DNA of 64,000 nt from Malacoraja senta (lineage: Eukaryota): the NCBI GenBank assembly GCA_038087875.1, contig CM075990.1, positions 6,822,001-6,886,000 on the forward strand, read 5' to 3'. This document shows, in pieces, positions 27,585 to 39,763 of the stretch; position 1 is the stretch's first letter, and each line of letters begins with the position of its first letter. Both the position numbers and the translations under genes were made by a program. The notes beneath the pieces were generated by a model. It had not been told where the DNA came from and did no database searches. It was given only the letters and a program-made list of their open reading frames with translations.

Positions 27585-28043
27585 TGCACTTTGTGGACGC
27601 AGCCCAGACCATCACACAAACCAACCTCCCTTCCATTGACCCCATTTATACCTCAAGGCCAACAGCATAATCAAGGATGAGTCGCACCCTGGCAACTCCC
27701 TCTTCTCCCCTCTCCCATCGGGCAAAAGGTAGAGGTGTGAAAACGCACGCCTCCCGATTCAGGGACTTTCTTTCCAGCTGTTATCAGGCAAATGAATCAT
27801 CCAACCACAACTAGAGAGCAGTGCTGAACTACTATCGACCTCATTGGTGACCCTTGGTCTATCTTTGATCGGACTTCACTGGCCTTACCTTGCACTAAAC
27901 GTTATTCCCTTACCAAGTATCTATCTACACTGTAGATGGCTTGATTGTAATCATGTATTATCTTTCCGCTGACTGGTTAGCATGTGTCAGAAGCTTTCCT
28001 CTGCACCTCAGTACACGTGGCAATAAACTAAACTAAACTAAAC
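27585..28043 (+). mobile_element. Rex1/Babar-type LINE 3' fragment
   Basis: C-terminal IIKDESHPGNSLFSPLPSGKR, then AATAAA and a (CTAAA)n tail. Confidence 0.7.
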
Positions 28044-29047
28044 TTGCCCACTGGTACCCCACACCCTAGCTTCATAATACTGGACCAGCAAGCCTCCAGT
28101 TGTAGCCTGAAGATCCCTAGAGACAGAATGCCAATGAAGTCTACGTTCACCCAACTGAACTGATTTATCCTGTCACAGGGCCTTTGAAAGTTCAAAAACT
28201 ACTAAATCGATGAGCGTTTTACTGCCAAAGCGATGACGGTAAGTATTATTGAATGAAACTGTAGGTATTTTAAATTAAAGTTGAACAATGGCGTGGGAAG
28301 AGTACGTGAGTGAAATGGGTGAATGTCAGCCGTTTGTAAATCTCAGTGCAATCAGTAATTGGGAACTATACATGTGCTCATTATTGTCACATGGATAGGA
28401 CAGGTTCGGTGGGGTATGGGCCAAATGATGGCAGGTGGGACTAGTGTAGATAGGACATGTTGGTCGGTGTTGGCTAAAGGGCCTGTTTCCACGCTGTATC
28501 ACTCTTTGACTATGCACCGAGATACTGTGTAAAGCTTGAGTAGCCAGTGACTTATTTCTCAGCAACGTACACTGAATGTACGATGGTCTCTTCCATACAT
28601 TTAAAAAACATCTTCTGTTTCATGAAAGAAAAGGCTGCTTAATCTTTCTCCAGTTTTATCAACCCTGCCTTGGAAATCGAATGCCGTATCGTTGCATATA
28701 TCAATCTTGTCCAACTGAAAATGGACACGCGTGCTATTGACTGAAACATGCTAGCAGCTACTTCTAGAGTTATTTAGTGTCACTCTGGAAGTACAGACAT
28801 ACATCAAGTGGTGATATTCCCACACAAGCTTGCACTGAGGCAGCTTTTGAAAATAAGAATCCAGGTTCCCTGTCTGGAACCAATAGTGTTGCTTTTTTCT
28901 TTATGCTTTCTCTCTCTCCACTTGTTCTTGCTCTGGCATATTGTGGGCTTTGTCGGATGCCCTCTCCTCACTGTCTCATCACTTGTTCCGATATGGATTT
29001 ATCCAATTGTCTAATGGCATGACTTGTGACTCTTCTGTTTCCCCCCC

Positions 29048-29435
29048 TTTTTTTTAATCAAAAAATTTATTCAATTATTAAAAATAATATTTACACTACA
29101 ATAAAACAAACCAGAACCCACCGCCATAATACAATACAAACATATATCCTAAATAAACTACTATACAACTATGTTACAATCCTTATGGAGGATACATTCA
29201 ACACCCTGCGGTCCCGGAAATCCCCCAGGGTGCCCGTGAACAGGGCGTATTCCCTTTCTAACCCCACCCGGGCGCGGACGTAACCCCGGAAAAGGGGCAG
29301 GCAGCCGGCTCGGGTAGAGCCCTCCACCGCCTGGCGCCGTGACTCCCGGATGGCCAGCTTGGCCAGGCCCAGGAGCAGCCCAAGGCCCAGGAACAACCCA
29401 TCTGTTTCCCCTTGGTGGGCAGATCTGTGGAATCC
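29048..29435 (-). mobile_element. Tx1/L1-group LINE 3' fragment
   Basis: LLLGLAKLAIRESRR...CLPLFRGYVRARV resembles a Tx1 ORF2 end. AATAAA and an A-tail lie at about 29048-29072. Confidence 0.65.
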
Positions 29436-30249
29436 GAGACCCTTGCACAACGGGAGGAAAGTTGCATCACCATGGTTGTGGTGTTTGGAAAAACAGCTGG
29501 TATTTTTTGCAATTTCTCTATGGCCTTGCATTCACAATTATTATCACCTCCCCCACATCTCTGATTCTCTCAGATAACAAAGGAAGAAGCTGAAACTTAA
29601 AATAGAGCCAACATTCTTCATTTTACGGTGCGACATGGGGATTGATTTAAATGGACTTCTTACACAGTTAATGGGAATGGTGGAGGAATCATATTCCAAG
29701 CAAACTTGCAGTTTTATGTTAAAATAATTCAAAATAAACAATTATTTGTGGATGTCACCAATAGTGAGTGTTTTTGAAAAATAATTAATTTCTTCCAATT
29801 CTGGATAAATCTATGCGCTCTGCACACAAAAAAAGAGACCGTACAGACTCCGTACAGACAAGCACCCATAGTCAGGATCGAACACGGGTCTCCGGCGCTG
29901 CAAGGCAGCAACTCGACCGCTGCGCCACCGTGCTGCCTAACGGTAATGCACCTCTGCACTGGGCATGTGCAGTTGGACCTACAGTCTTCAATGCCAGATC
30001 TCTGCTTCTGGGAATGTGGTTTCAGTCATTCGGACACCGTGTCCTGTCTACTTCAGTGTTAGAGCTGATCTCTTTGCCCAGCTGCGAGCCTGTAACAGGT
30101 TGACCCCTTTGTGTAATATAGCCACCCAGTTCTCCCTTGGGCCCTTTACCCTCACCCCCCATCCCCTCTTTCAGCGACAGGTCTTGCCCCATCTGCCTTC
30201 ACTCATATTTCCCTGATACAGCTCCCTGACTACCGATCTCTCAACTCTC

Positions 30250-30768
30250 ACTTACTTACTGCCTATTATGCCTCCTGGCATGTAGGGCAGCAACGAAGGT
30301 CCTCCACTCCTGTCTGTTCTGGGCTAGCTTCTGGACACTACCCCAGGTCAGGTCCATTGCTTTCATTTCCTCCTCTACAGTTCGACGCCAGGTGGTTTTG
30401 GGTCTCCCTCTTTTCCTTTTCCCTTCCGGTGTCCAGTGCAGGGCTATTCTTGGGATGCTGTCTGGTTCTCTTCATCCTAGCATCTGTCGATAGCCCTGGA
30501 AGTCCATCACGCCCAGTAGTGTGGATTCCTTCAGTTGCTGTTTCCATAACATATTTGTTTTACGAGACAGGGTTGTTAGCCCTGTGCTCAGCCTCCAACC
30601 TGGAGGACCAGTGGATCGCTCTTCATCTCGCCTCTACCCTTCGACCTGTCCAGCATGGGAGACCCTAACGGGAGATGAATCTCCCGCTGGCATAGCTTTA
30701 GGGGTCACTGAGACACACAAGCTCCCCGACCACGACAAGGTTGCAATCCAACGGGGAGTCTCTCACTC
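30250..30768 (-). mobile_element. Internally deleted RTE element (5' UTR fused to 3' end)
   Basis: RTE-type 5' UTR motif CCTTGTCGTGG..GGGAGCTTG joined to ALHWTPEGKRKRGRPKTTWRR-type C-terminal coding and a (GTAA)n tail. Confidence 0.7.
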
Positions 30769-31301
30769 TGACCAACCCTCACCTCACTGACTATCAATGG
30801 TCAATGATAATTCTATTGTCACTGGTACCAGACTGGGACAGGCAGCATCTCTGGAGAGAAGGAATGGGTGAGGTTTCGGGTCGAGACCCTTCTTCACTCA
30901 CCCACACCTGCAACACACCCCAACTGGCTCCCCCTCTGTGCTCCTGGTATGTTCTCTAGCCCTTGTCTAAGCTGTCCCAACAAAGCCACGATAATGTGGA
31001 GGAAGGCAGGCCAAGGGTGCCCTGAGCTGAAGATGCAAGACAAACCTCAATGATAAATGGCTGTCGTTCAGTCTGTGCACAGTCACCACCAAGGTGATCG
31101 AAGGCATTGCCAACAGCGCTAATGGAGTGAGATCCTGGTTCAATGGCAGGGAGGTCCAAGGATACTGGAGCCCGAATGTACACATGTGCACACAAGATAT
31201 TTATGCACGATTTAACCATGTGCCTGTGCATTGTAGACCCACCCCCCAACACAAGCGCACACCCACAACACTACGTATGTTCTTCCCTCTCAGTGACATA
31301 C

Positions 31302-31450
31302 CATGAACTCTTTGAGAGGCTGCTGCTGATTGAGTTGCTGCTGAAGGTTGGAGATGAGCGTTTCCAGACTCCCTCCTCGGTACCTTCTGCCAACTGGAGC
31401 TTTCCACAAAGCCAGACTCATCAGCTCCTCCTCTGACACGATGGGATCTC
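31302..31450 (-). CDS. PTPN20: FRMPD2/PTPN20 exon: helix preceding the PTP domain
   Basis: Acceptor ctcagcag|, GDPIVSEEELMSLAL...QQPLKEFM, donor |gtatgt. Homologous to the PTPN13 segment before the catalytic domain. Phase 1 to 0. Confidence 0.88.
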
Positions 31451-32729
31451 CTGCTGAGACAGAGAAGACAACTGAGTGAACTGTGTAGGAAGGAACTGCA
31501 GATGGTGGTTTAAAGCGAAGATAGACACAAAACAGCTGGAGTAACTCAGCGGGACAGGCAGCATCTCTGGAGAGAAGGAATGGGTGACGTTTTGGGTGGA
31601 GACCCTTCTTCAGATGGAACGTAAATGTGAACTTTTCATGCTGTGGGGAATCGGCAGCCCAGATCACCATTCGCTTCCTAATGGACCAGCTGCCAACTCA
31701 GGACTGCTACTTGACACAAGATGAATGGCCGTCACGAGGTCGTAGGAGGTCGTAGGTAGGTCGTAGGTAGGTTGTGATGCTTGTCGTAGGTACTCGTGGC
31801 ATCAAGTAGGTCGGGGCGTTTTTCTAGCCTGATGAGAAATGTCCACGAGTAAAAAAGGTCGTGAAAGTGGGACAAGCCCTTAAGCCTTCCTGGCAAAGCC
31901 GTGTGTAGAAAATAAACAGAGACCCACAAGGCTTGCATCTGCAGGCTGGTTCATGCATTCCGATCCAAACTCATGTCATAACTGTAAGGAGCTGAATTAG
32001 GTCATCCGGCCCATCATGTCCATTCCGTCATTTCAATCATGGCTGCTCTGTCTTCCCCTTTCAATCCATTCTCCTGCCTTCTCCCCAAAACCCCTGACGT
32101 CCTGTACTAAGCAAGAATCCGTCAATCCCTGCCTTAAAAATATCCGTTGTCGGCCACCACAGCCGCCAGTGGCTGCTATGAATTCCACAGATTCACCACC
32201 CGCAGACTAAAGAAATTCCTCCTCATCTACTTTCTAAAGGTACGTCCTTTTATTCTGAGGCTATGGCCTCTGGTCCTAGACTCTCCCATTCATGGAAACA
32301 TCCCCTCCACATCCACTCTGTAGATAAAGAAGTATTAGATGACCCAAGACAACATTGCCTTGCTGTTATCCCATCTCTGAATCTGCTGGGGCTGAATAAA
32401 GTGGATTCCAATGGAAGTGGGCCCTTCCCCCCAACCATGAGGAACATTGCAGTGCACTGCACCAGGCCAGCTGAGAGAGGTTCAAGATCTCAAGTCATGT
32501 GGATCAATTCTCTGAAGCATTGTGGAAACCAGGGTTAAGCCTTCCAGGCTGTAGAGTACTTCTAATCACTGCAGTGTTGAAAATAAAAGTGTCATAGAGG
32601 TATAGATTCATACAGTATAGAAACAGGCCCTTTGGCCCAACTTGCCCACACCAACCAACTTGTCCCATCTACACCTGCCTGTGTTTGGCCCATATCCCTC
32701 GAAACCAGGCCTATCTAGGTACCTGTTTC

Positions 32730-33237
32730 ATAGCAACATAGACATAGAAACATAGAAAAGAGGTGCAGGAGTAGGCCATTCGGCCTTTCGAGCCAGCATC
32801 GCTATTCAATGTGATCATCCAAAATCAGTAGCCCGTTCCTGCCTTCTCCCCATATCCCTTGATTCCGCTAGCCCTGAGTTCTATCTAACTCTCTTTTGAA
32901 TGCATCCAGTGAATCGACCTCCACTGCCTTCTGAGGCAGAGAATTCCACAAATTCACAACTTTCTGGTTGAAAAAGTTTTTCCTCATCTCAGTTCTAAAT
33001 GGCCCACCCCTTATTCTTAAACTGTGGCCCCTGGTTCTGGGCTCCCCCAACATCGGGAACATGTTTCCTGCATCTAGCTTGTCCAATCCCTTATGTTTCT
33101 ATAAGATATCCTCTCATCCTAAATTCAGTGAATACAAGCCCAGTCGACCCATTCCTTCATCATATGACAGTCCCCGCCATCCCGGGAATTAACCTTGTGA
33201 ACCTACGCTGCATTCCCTCAATAGCAAGAATGTCCTT
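32730..33237 (-). mobile_element. CR1/HER1 3' fragment
   Basis: RTRGHSLRI...VVNLWNSLP and a CTATGTTT tail. Confidence 0.88.
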
Positions 33238-33383
33238 CAAAGAGGTTGTAGTAGGATCCATATGACAGTTGTTAAACTAATTATAACAAAGTACCCAGGA
33301 CTAAAGTCATTTGTACATGGGTGAAAAATAGATGTATTTGAAAATAATTTAATTCCTTGTGGAATCAAGGAATTGCAGATGCT

Positions 33384-34160
33384 GGTTCTTGGTTCTTGGT
33401 TTCTTGGTCATCCAAAATATTCCAAATGGAATTTAAACTGGAGGTGGTGGAGGGAGGACTTAAGCCAGAAAGGGTTTTTGGGAAGAAAGAGCTACCTTAA
33501 ATTTAGTTGCATCTGGTTGGGTAACTATAGTAGGGTGAAGATTATTCCATGCTTTAATTGTGCGGGGGAAGAATGAATTGCTGTACACATCTGTCTTGGT
33601 AGCTGGAATCTCAAATTGGATCGAATGTCCTCGTCTGCTCCTAATGGGTTTGGTTTGGTGTAGGTCTTGTAATCTATGTTGAGCTGACCATTTAACATTT
33701 TGTAAAAACAGGTCAAACGGTGAGCTTCACATCTGTCTTGGAGAGGGTTCCACCCCAGAGAATTCAGAAGTTTGGTAACACTCGCTTCTCTCTCATAGGT
33801 GTTAGTAACAAATCGAGCTGCCTGTCTTTGGACACGTTCGATGGAAGAAATGTTTTTATTTGTGTATGGGTCCCATGCTGCAACTGCGTAGTCCAAATGA
33901 GGTCTAACGAGGGTGAAGTATAGCTTCTCCTTGACAGAAGTTGAACAATGATGAAAGTTGCGCCTCAGAAAATTTAGGACACCTGTTGCTTTCACCGTTG
34001 CATGATGAGTCTGACCATTCCAACGCAGGTCATTCTGCAATTTGATGCCAAGATACTTGGTTTGTTTGGATTCTTCAAGGATGGTACCAAGTATATTGTA
34101 CGATGTTTTGCCTAGATTCCTCTTTCTGGTGACACGCATGGTTTCACATTTGGAAGGGTT
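33384..34160 (-). mobile_element. Divergent CR1/L2-group LINE 3' fragment inserted in a Penelope tail
   Basis: KYLGI...LVRPHLDYAVAAWDPY...IERVQRQAARFV...LGW and a (CCAAGAA)n tail. The flanks rejoin as a PLE tail. Confidence 0.8.
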
Positions 34161-34387
34161 TCTAAACAAAAGACACAAAGTGCTGGAGGAACTCAGCAGG
34201 TCAAGCAGCATCTCTAGAGAACATGGATAGGTGACGTTTTGGGTCGGGATCCTTCTATATGAACCGTGACTGATTCTTTTTCAGGATTCAATATCCTACA
34301 AACTTCAAAAGAATAACTATAATAATTGTAACTAGCTTTCAAGTAGTACAATTTGTTCTTTTCCAGTGCAGAAACCATTCTATTTTC

Positions 34388-34812
34388 AGAAGGTAGACAC
34401 AAAATATTAGAGTAACTCAGCGGGACAGGCAACCTCTCTGGAGAGAAGGAATGGGTGACGTTTCGGGTCGAGACCTTTCTTCAAACAGGGGTGAGGGAAA
34501 TGAGATTAAGGAGTGAAAAGACCAGATCAAAGCAGATAATGATCAAGGGTTCATTGTTGGATGGGGGGAAGGTGACAACGAGGCATACAAACAGTAAAAT
34601 TAATCAGGAGGACAGTGAAACTCATAGGAGAAGCAGGGTGGGGGAGGGATGGAGAGGAAAACAAGGATTACTTGATGTTAGAGAAATCAATATTTTAATG
34701 TTGCCCAAGCGAAATAGGAGGCGCTATTCCTCCAATTTGCGTTTGATCTCACTCTGACAGAGGGTGAGTCCCAGGACAGAGAGGTCATTGTGGGAGTGGG
34801 AAAGGGAGTTAA
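34388..34812 (-). mobile_element. Penelope-like 3' fragment
   Basis: SHSHNDLSVLGL...KRKLEE remnant, a mutated hammerhead motif at about 34455-34485 and the family tail. Confidence 0.75.
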
Positions 34813-34873
34813 AATCTTTGTTTTGGAGAGAGGGGTTGAAACGATTGCAGAAAGACGTCACTCCAAAGCTTAC

Positions 34874-35042
34874 CTGTAGGGGGTGCAGGCGGTCTGCTGT
34901 AGAGACCTGGCTGATCATCATCACTGCTCCAGCTGTCTGAATCACACCTCTCCTCCTCATCGCCACCCTCATCTTCATATTCACTAACACTCGCCCCTTC
35001 CTCCCGAACCCCTTCCACTGCAATCCGCTGTGCTTCAAGGTA
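34874..35042 (-). CDS. PTPN20: FRMPD2/PTPN20 exon: acidic pre-PTP linker (5' end lost in the N gap)
   Basis: Open frame from the gap, YLEAQRIAVEG...SWSSDDDQP...PPT-G, donor CAG|gtaagc at phase 1, matching the next exon. Confidence 0.75.
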
Positions 35043-35242
35043 NNNNNNNNNNNNNNNNNNNNNNNNNNNNNNNNNNNNNNNNNNNNNNNNNNNNNNNNNN
35101 NNNNNNNNNNNNNNNNNNNNNNNNNNNNNNNNNNNNNNNNNNNNNNNNNNNNNNNNNNNNNNNNNNNNNNNNNNNNNNNNNNNNNNNNNNNNNNNNNNNN
35201 NNNNNNNNNNNNNNNNNNNNNNNNNNNNNNNNNNNNNNNNNN
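35043..35242. other. Assembly gap (200 N)
   Basis: Run of N that abuts a coding exon. Confidence 1.
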
Positions 35243-35353
35243 GACTACAGTTATAATAAAGAATATTTCAGCATGTTAGTAAATCAAACGGTACGTTCAT
35301 GGCGTGTTCTTTATGACCACTATTATTTTAGACGGTAGCCAATTTATCAATTC

Positions 35354-35389
35354 CAGTCTGAAGAAGGGTTTTGACCCGAAACGTCACCC
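35354..35389 (+). ncRNA. Minimal type I hammerhead ribozyme motif (PLE family 1)
   Basis: CUGAAGA-A-GGGU UUUG ACCC-GAAA-CGUC. Predicted cleavage after 35385. Stem I is very short. Confidence 0.6.
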
Positions 35390-35769
35390 CATTCCTTCTC
35401 TCCAGAGATGCTGCCTGTCCTGCTTTTTGTGTCTATCTTATCAATTTCTTGCTTTGTAAGCAGGGAGTGACAATCAGAGCTTCTTTATGGAACTTATTTT
35501 TGGGCAGAGGCATTCAGACGTGAACTGTTGGCAAATTACTGATAAATAGAGTAACTACCCTTTCACTTCATTTCTGCTTGCATTGAATGAATACTTTTTG
35601 CAATAAAAGGTTCATATTTATTATCGTCAATGTGTGAAGTAATTGTGACTGAAATATTCCTGGTTCATGGTTTTAATGGCCACAAGAGAATGCTTCTGGA
35701 CATCCCAGTCCAGTACCATTTGAATGTCCAGGAGACACCCCTGAATGTTTAAAATATTTTTTTTAAACC

Positions 35770-36382
35770 GCAGCTGGCAGCTGGTCGAGCTGCTGCCTCA
35801 CAGTGACGCAGGTTCGATCCTGACCTTGGGTGCTGTCTCTCTAGTTTAGTTTAGTTCAGCGATGCAGGAAACAGGCCTTCGGCCCACCGAGTCCGCGCCA
35901 GCCAATGATCCCCGCACATTAACGCTACCCTACACACACTAGGGACAATTTACATTTATACCAAGCTGATTAACCTACAAAGCGTGGAGCGTGGACGGAA
36001 AAAAAAAAGATCTCGGAAAAAACCCACGCAGGTCACGGGGATAACGTACAAACTCCGTACAGATAACCAACGTAGTCAGGATCGAACCCGGGTCCTCTGG
36101 CGCTTTAAGGAAGTAGCTCTACCGCTGCGCCACGGTGCTGTCTCTGTGGGGCTTACGTGACCTCGTGGGTTCCCGCCGGATATATCAGTTTTCTCCCGCA
36201 TCCCAAAGAGGTGCGGGATTTTAGGTTAACTGACCTATTAAAAAAATGACACAAGTATGTAGGGAGTGGATGAGAGAATGGGAAACGTAGAATTAGTGTG
36301 AATGGCCGATCGATGGTCGTCATGGACTCAATGGGTCAAAGGGCCTGTTTTCCTGCTGAATCTCTAATTAAACTAAACTAAA
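35770..36382 (+). mobile_element. HE1-type SINE with an antisense SINE nested inside (35841-36133)
   Basis: A 12-bp direct repeat GGTGCTGTCTCT (35829-35840 and 36134-36145) flanks the inner inverted copy. Confidence 0.8.
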
Positions 36383-38601
36383 CCTTTTCTCACAGAGAGT
36401 TGTGAGTCTGTGGAATTCTCTGCCTCAGAGGGCGGTGGAGGCCGGTTCTCTGGATACTTTCACGAGAGAGCCAGATAGGGCTCTTAAAGATAGCGGAGTC
36501 AGGGGATATGGGGTGAAGGCAGGAGGCAGGACGGGGTACTGAATGGGAATGATCAGCCATGATCACATTGAATGGCGGTGCTGGCTCGAAGGGTCAAATG
36601 GCCCTACTCCTGCACCTATTGTCTATTGTCTATTGTATATTGTCAAACTAATCTCATCAGATAACTTCATGGAGGTTGGCACTATTTAGAAACACCATCA
36701 TATTAAATAAAGTTCAATGGCCAAATATTAAGTCCATGAACATCGCTTTATAAAATTAAGATACAATGTGATCACTGTTGACAATCACTGTGGAGGTGAT
36801 ACCATTATCATTTAGGAGATGACATCTCCTTCAGGCATCCACTAGCATCATCTTTATTTCTTAGTTGCTTCATTTCAGTTCAACACCCATAATGACATAG
36901 GGGCATTAATAACCATATTCCAATCACAATGCACAATTTTCAGTGCCAGCTCAAAAGCAGATCAATGCCAACGCTCCTAGCAAGGTCAGGAGAGGATATT
37001 CTGACTGCCCCAAATGTCTGTCCTGCAGGCTTTATGCCCATTTTTCGTTAAAGAACATGTCTAGCTTTCTACTGAAAATGCCAAGAGGGACTCAGTGACT
37101 CAGGAAGCATCTGTGGAAGGAATGGATGGACCATGTTTGACGTCGAGACCCTTCTTCAGACAGGTTCAGTCCCCACTTGAATCTGAAGAAGGGGTCCCGA
37201 CCAGAAATGCATCTACCCATTGCCTCCGCAGATGCTGCCCGACCCCCAGAGTTCCTCCAGTACTTTGTGTTTTGCCCATGATTCCAACATCTGGAATTCC
37301 TTGTGTCATAGATTGATAAGGTCAGAAATGATAGGAGCAGAATTAGGCCATTCAGCCCATCGTCTACTCCGCCATTCATTGATGGCTGATCTTTCTTTCC
37401 CTCTCAACTCCATTCTCCTGCCTGCTCTCCGTAACCCTTGACACCCTTACTAATCAGGAAACTGATCAATCTCCACCTTAAACATATTCAACGACTTGGC
37501 CTCCACCGTATTCTGCGCCAATGAATTCCACAGATTTCTGATGGCAACTTTCTGATGGCAAGTTCTGTCTGCAGAAACAAAGTCTGAAACCTATGGTTGG
37601 GATCAACAAAGCAGCACTCCTCCTAACAGCTCCTCTGTGTTTTACCACCATAGATGTGTTCAGCACCAAAGGAAACGGTGCGGACTCCTCAAAATTAATG
37701 ATTTGCTGAAAGATATCGTGCGGGCCAGCTGCTCCTTGCTTTCAATTCAGAGACAAGCGTAAAACTTGCAAAATAATTATGGAAATGATACGCATATACA
37801 ATGTCCGACATGGACATTGTTCAATGTAAAATCTGTTGGCACAAAGCCTACTGTAAGTCATTAAGGTCTGAAGAAGGGTCTCGACCCGAAACATCACCCA
37901 TTCCATCTCTCCAGAGATGTTGCCTTTATTTTTATCTTAAGTCATTAAATGGGCAGCAAGCAGAACCTCGTGGCCTCCACGTGGCGCATCCCAGGCAATG
38001 CTGACGACAGAAACTGTACCACAGTGACTGACTGAAGTAGCCAATTCTGCAACCACCGACCGTCAACCGTCACTGACCGACCGGAAAGACGTGATATAGA
38101 AGATGGCCGGACACGAGGAAGAAGAAGTCATTAAGCCACCTTGGGAATGTTAACATTTGTGAACGTTTTCAGATTCATTTATCTGATTTCTGTTGCCATG
38201 TGGATTGTGAAAATATACGTTGAAAGAGACGTCATCCGAGTTTTGCTTTCAACACAAGGTGACCGTTGCTATGTTGAATAAATTAAATAGTAACCCACCG
38301 ATTATAAAGCTCGATGCACAAGTTGTTCCTGAAACTCCAATGAAGAGATCTCTCTTCGGAATACATGTGGGCTCCCAACAGAAACCTTATCAATGCTGTG
38401 TTTTCTAGTACCTAAAATTAATTAGTTCAGCAAACTTTTCACAAAGTTTTCGTCTCCATCTATTTTTGAAAGAAATCAACGGTATATATTTCAGAGGGTT
38501 CCCTGTGCAAAGAAATAGCCTGCAGCTGATTGAAACAATGAGAAGCAACATGACTCTAAGTGCCAGTCAATACTCTACTGGGAAAATAGTGTGGCACGTA
38601 C

Positions 38602-38776
38602 CTAATTGTCCATTCGGGCCTTTCTCCAGGATGATGACAGGGATCTTTTCCAGAGGCAGAACGGGAAGCAGGTTCTGGGCAGCACGCCCCACCATCAGGG
38701 TGAGCTTGATTGGAGCGACCCGTAGCAGGATAATGGCATTCTCGTGTGAAATGTTTGTGACATCAAAACCATTTAC
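38602..38776 (-). CDS. PTPN20: FRMPD2/PTPN20 exon: second half of PDZ4 and start of PDZ5
   Basis: Acceptor gcag|, VNGFDVTNISHENAIILLRVAP...IILEKGPNGQL-G, donor |gtacg. Phase 0 to 1. Confidence 0.92.
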
Positions 38777-38930
38777 CTGCACAACAATGGAAATGTTAAC
38801 TTACAATTTGCCCTAACTCCAAACTTCTTCTCTGTATATATAATCCATGTAATTTAGGGTCCATTTCCCAGATCTTTCTTGTCAAATATCTCATCTAAAA
38901 GATAGGCCCTCTGAAGTGCAACACTTTCAT

Positions 38931-38966
38931 CAGTCTGAAGAAGGGTTTCGGCCCGAAACGTTGCCT
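38931..38966 (+). ncRNA. Minimal type I hammerhead ribozyme motif (PLE family 2)
   Basis: CUGAAGA-A-GGGU UUCG GCCC-GAAA-CGUU with a palindromic AACGUU stem III. Predicted cleavage after 38962. Confidence 0.6.
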
Positions 38967-39384
38967 ATTTCCTTCGCTCCATAGATGCTGCTGCACCCGC
39001 TGAGTTTCTCCAGCATTTTTGTCTACCTCCGATTTTCCAGCTTCTGCAGTTCCTTCTGCAACACTTTCTCAGTAACTTCCCTGTAACGTCAGCATAGATA
39101 ATATTCCTCAAAGACCCAAATCCCAGCAATTTGGCAGCCATGACTTCAATGCAATTCAGTTACAGTGTTGTGGTCAAGGAAAGAGCGTTCACGTCATGGC
39201 CCTGTCTCCACCAATCTTTCCACCACTATGCACAAGAAGCACAAGAAGGGCAAGAAGCGCAAGACGCCATTGTATGCAGATGACGAGGAGTGTGTTCAAC
39301 TCTGGCTAAACAATTTCTAATCTTGTGATGTGGACACAATAAGAAGTTACTTGGTTCACAGACCTGTTCTGCTGCTGCAAGTAA

Positions 39385-39625
39385 AGGGCCTGTCCCACTT
39401 GGGCGTCATTTGCGCTTCATTTACGTGGCATCATTTAAGCGTCACGACGCACGACGCGCGCATGGCGTGCATTACGCGCGCATGGTGCGTGGTGAGGCGT
39501 GGTGAGGCGTGGTGGCGTAGGCAGTGACGCGCGGTAGCCCGTGGCGCCCCAGGATTTGGGGATTCTCAAAATCCTCACGCACCACCTGCGTGACGTGCAA
39601 ATGACGCCCGAGTGCAACAGGCCCT
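39385..39625. mobile_element. PIF/Harbinger-type MITE
   Basis: TIRs AGGGCCTGTCCCACTTGGGCGTCATTTG and a TAA/TAA target duplication. Confidence 0.8.
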
Positions 39626-39763
39626 TAAGAATTTGCAAGTAAGAAGGCTGGTTATCACTGTACCTTGGTACACTTGACAATGAACTAAACTGAAACTGAA
39701 TTTCATTGTTCAATTACATTGGCCATTAAACATTCTTGACTCTTGACTCAGTTGAGTGAGTGG

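Noticed and set aside
38302..38411. Phase-1 candidate PDZ5 exon (TRKHSIDKVSVGSP...)
   Set aside because: Only vague PDZ resemblance, and it reaches a stop with no convincing donor.
39228..39320. Short ORF MHKKHKKGKKRK... resembling an NLS
   Set aside because: Explained by a low-complexity CAAGAAG repeat, with no other support.
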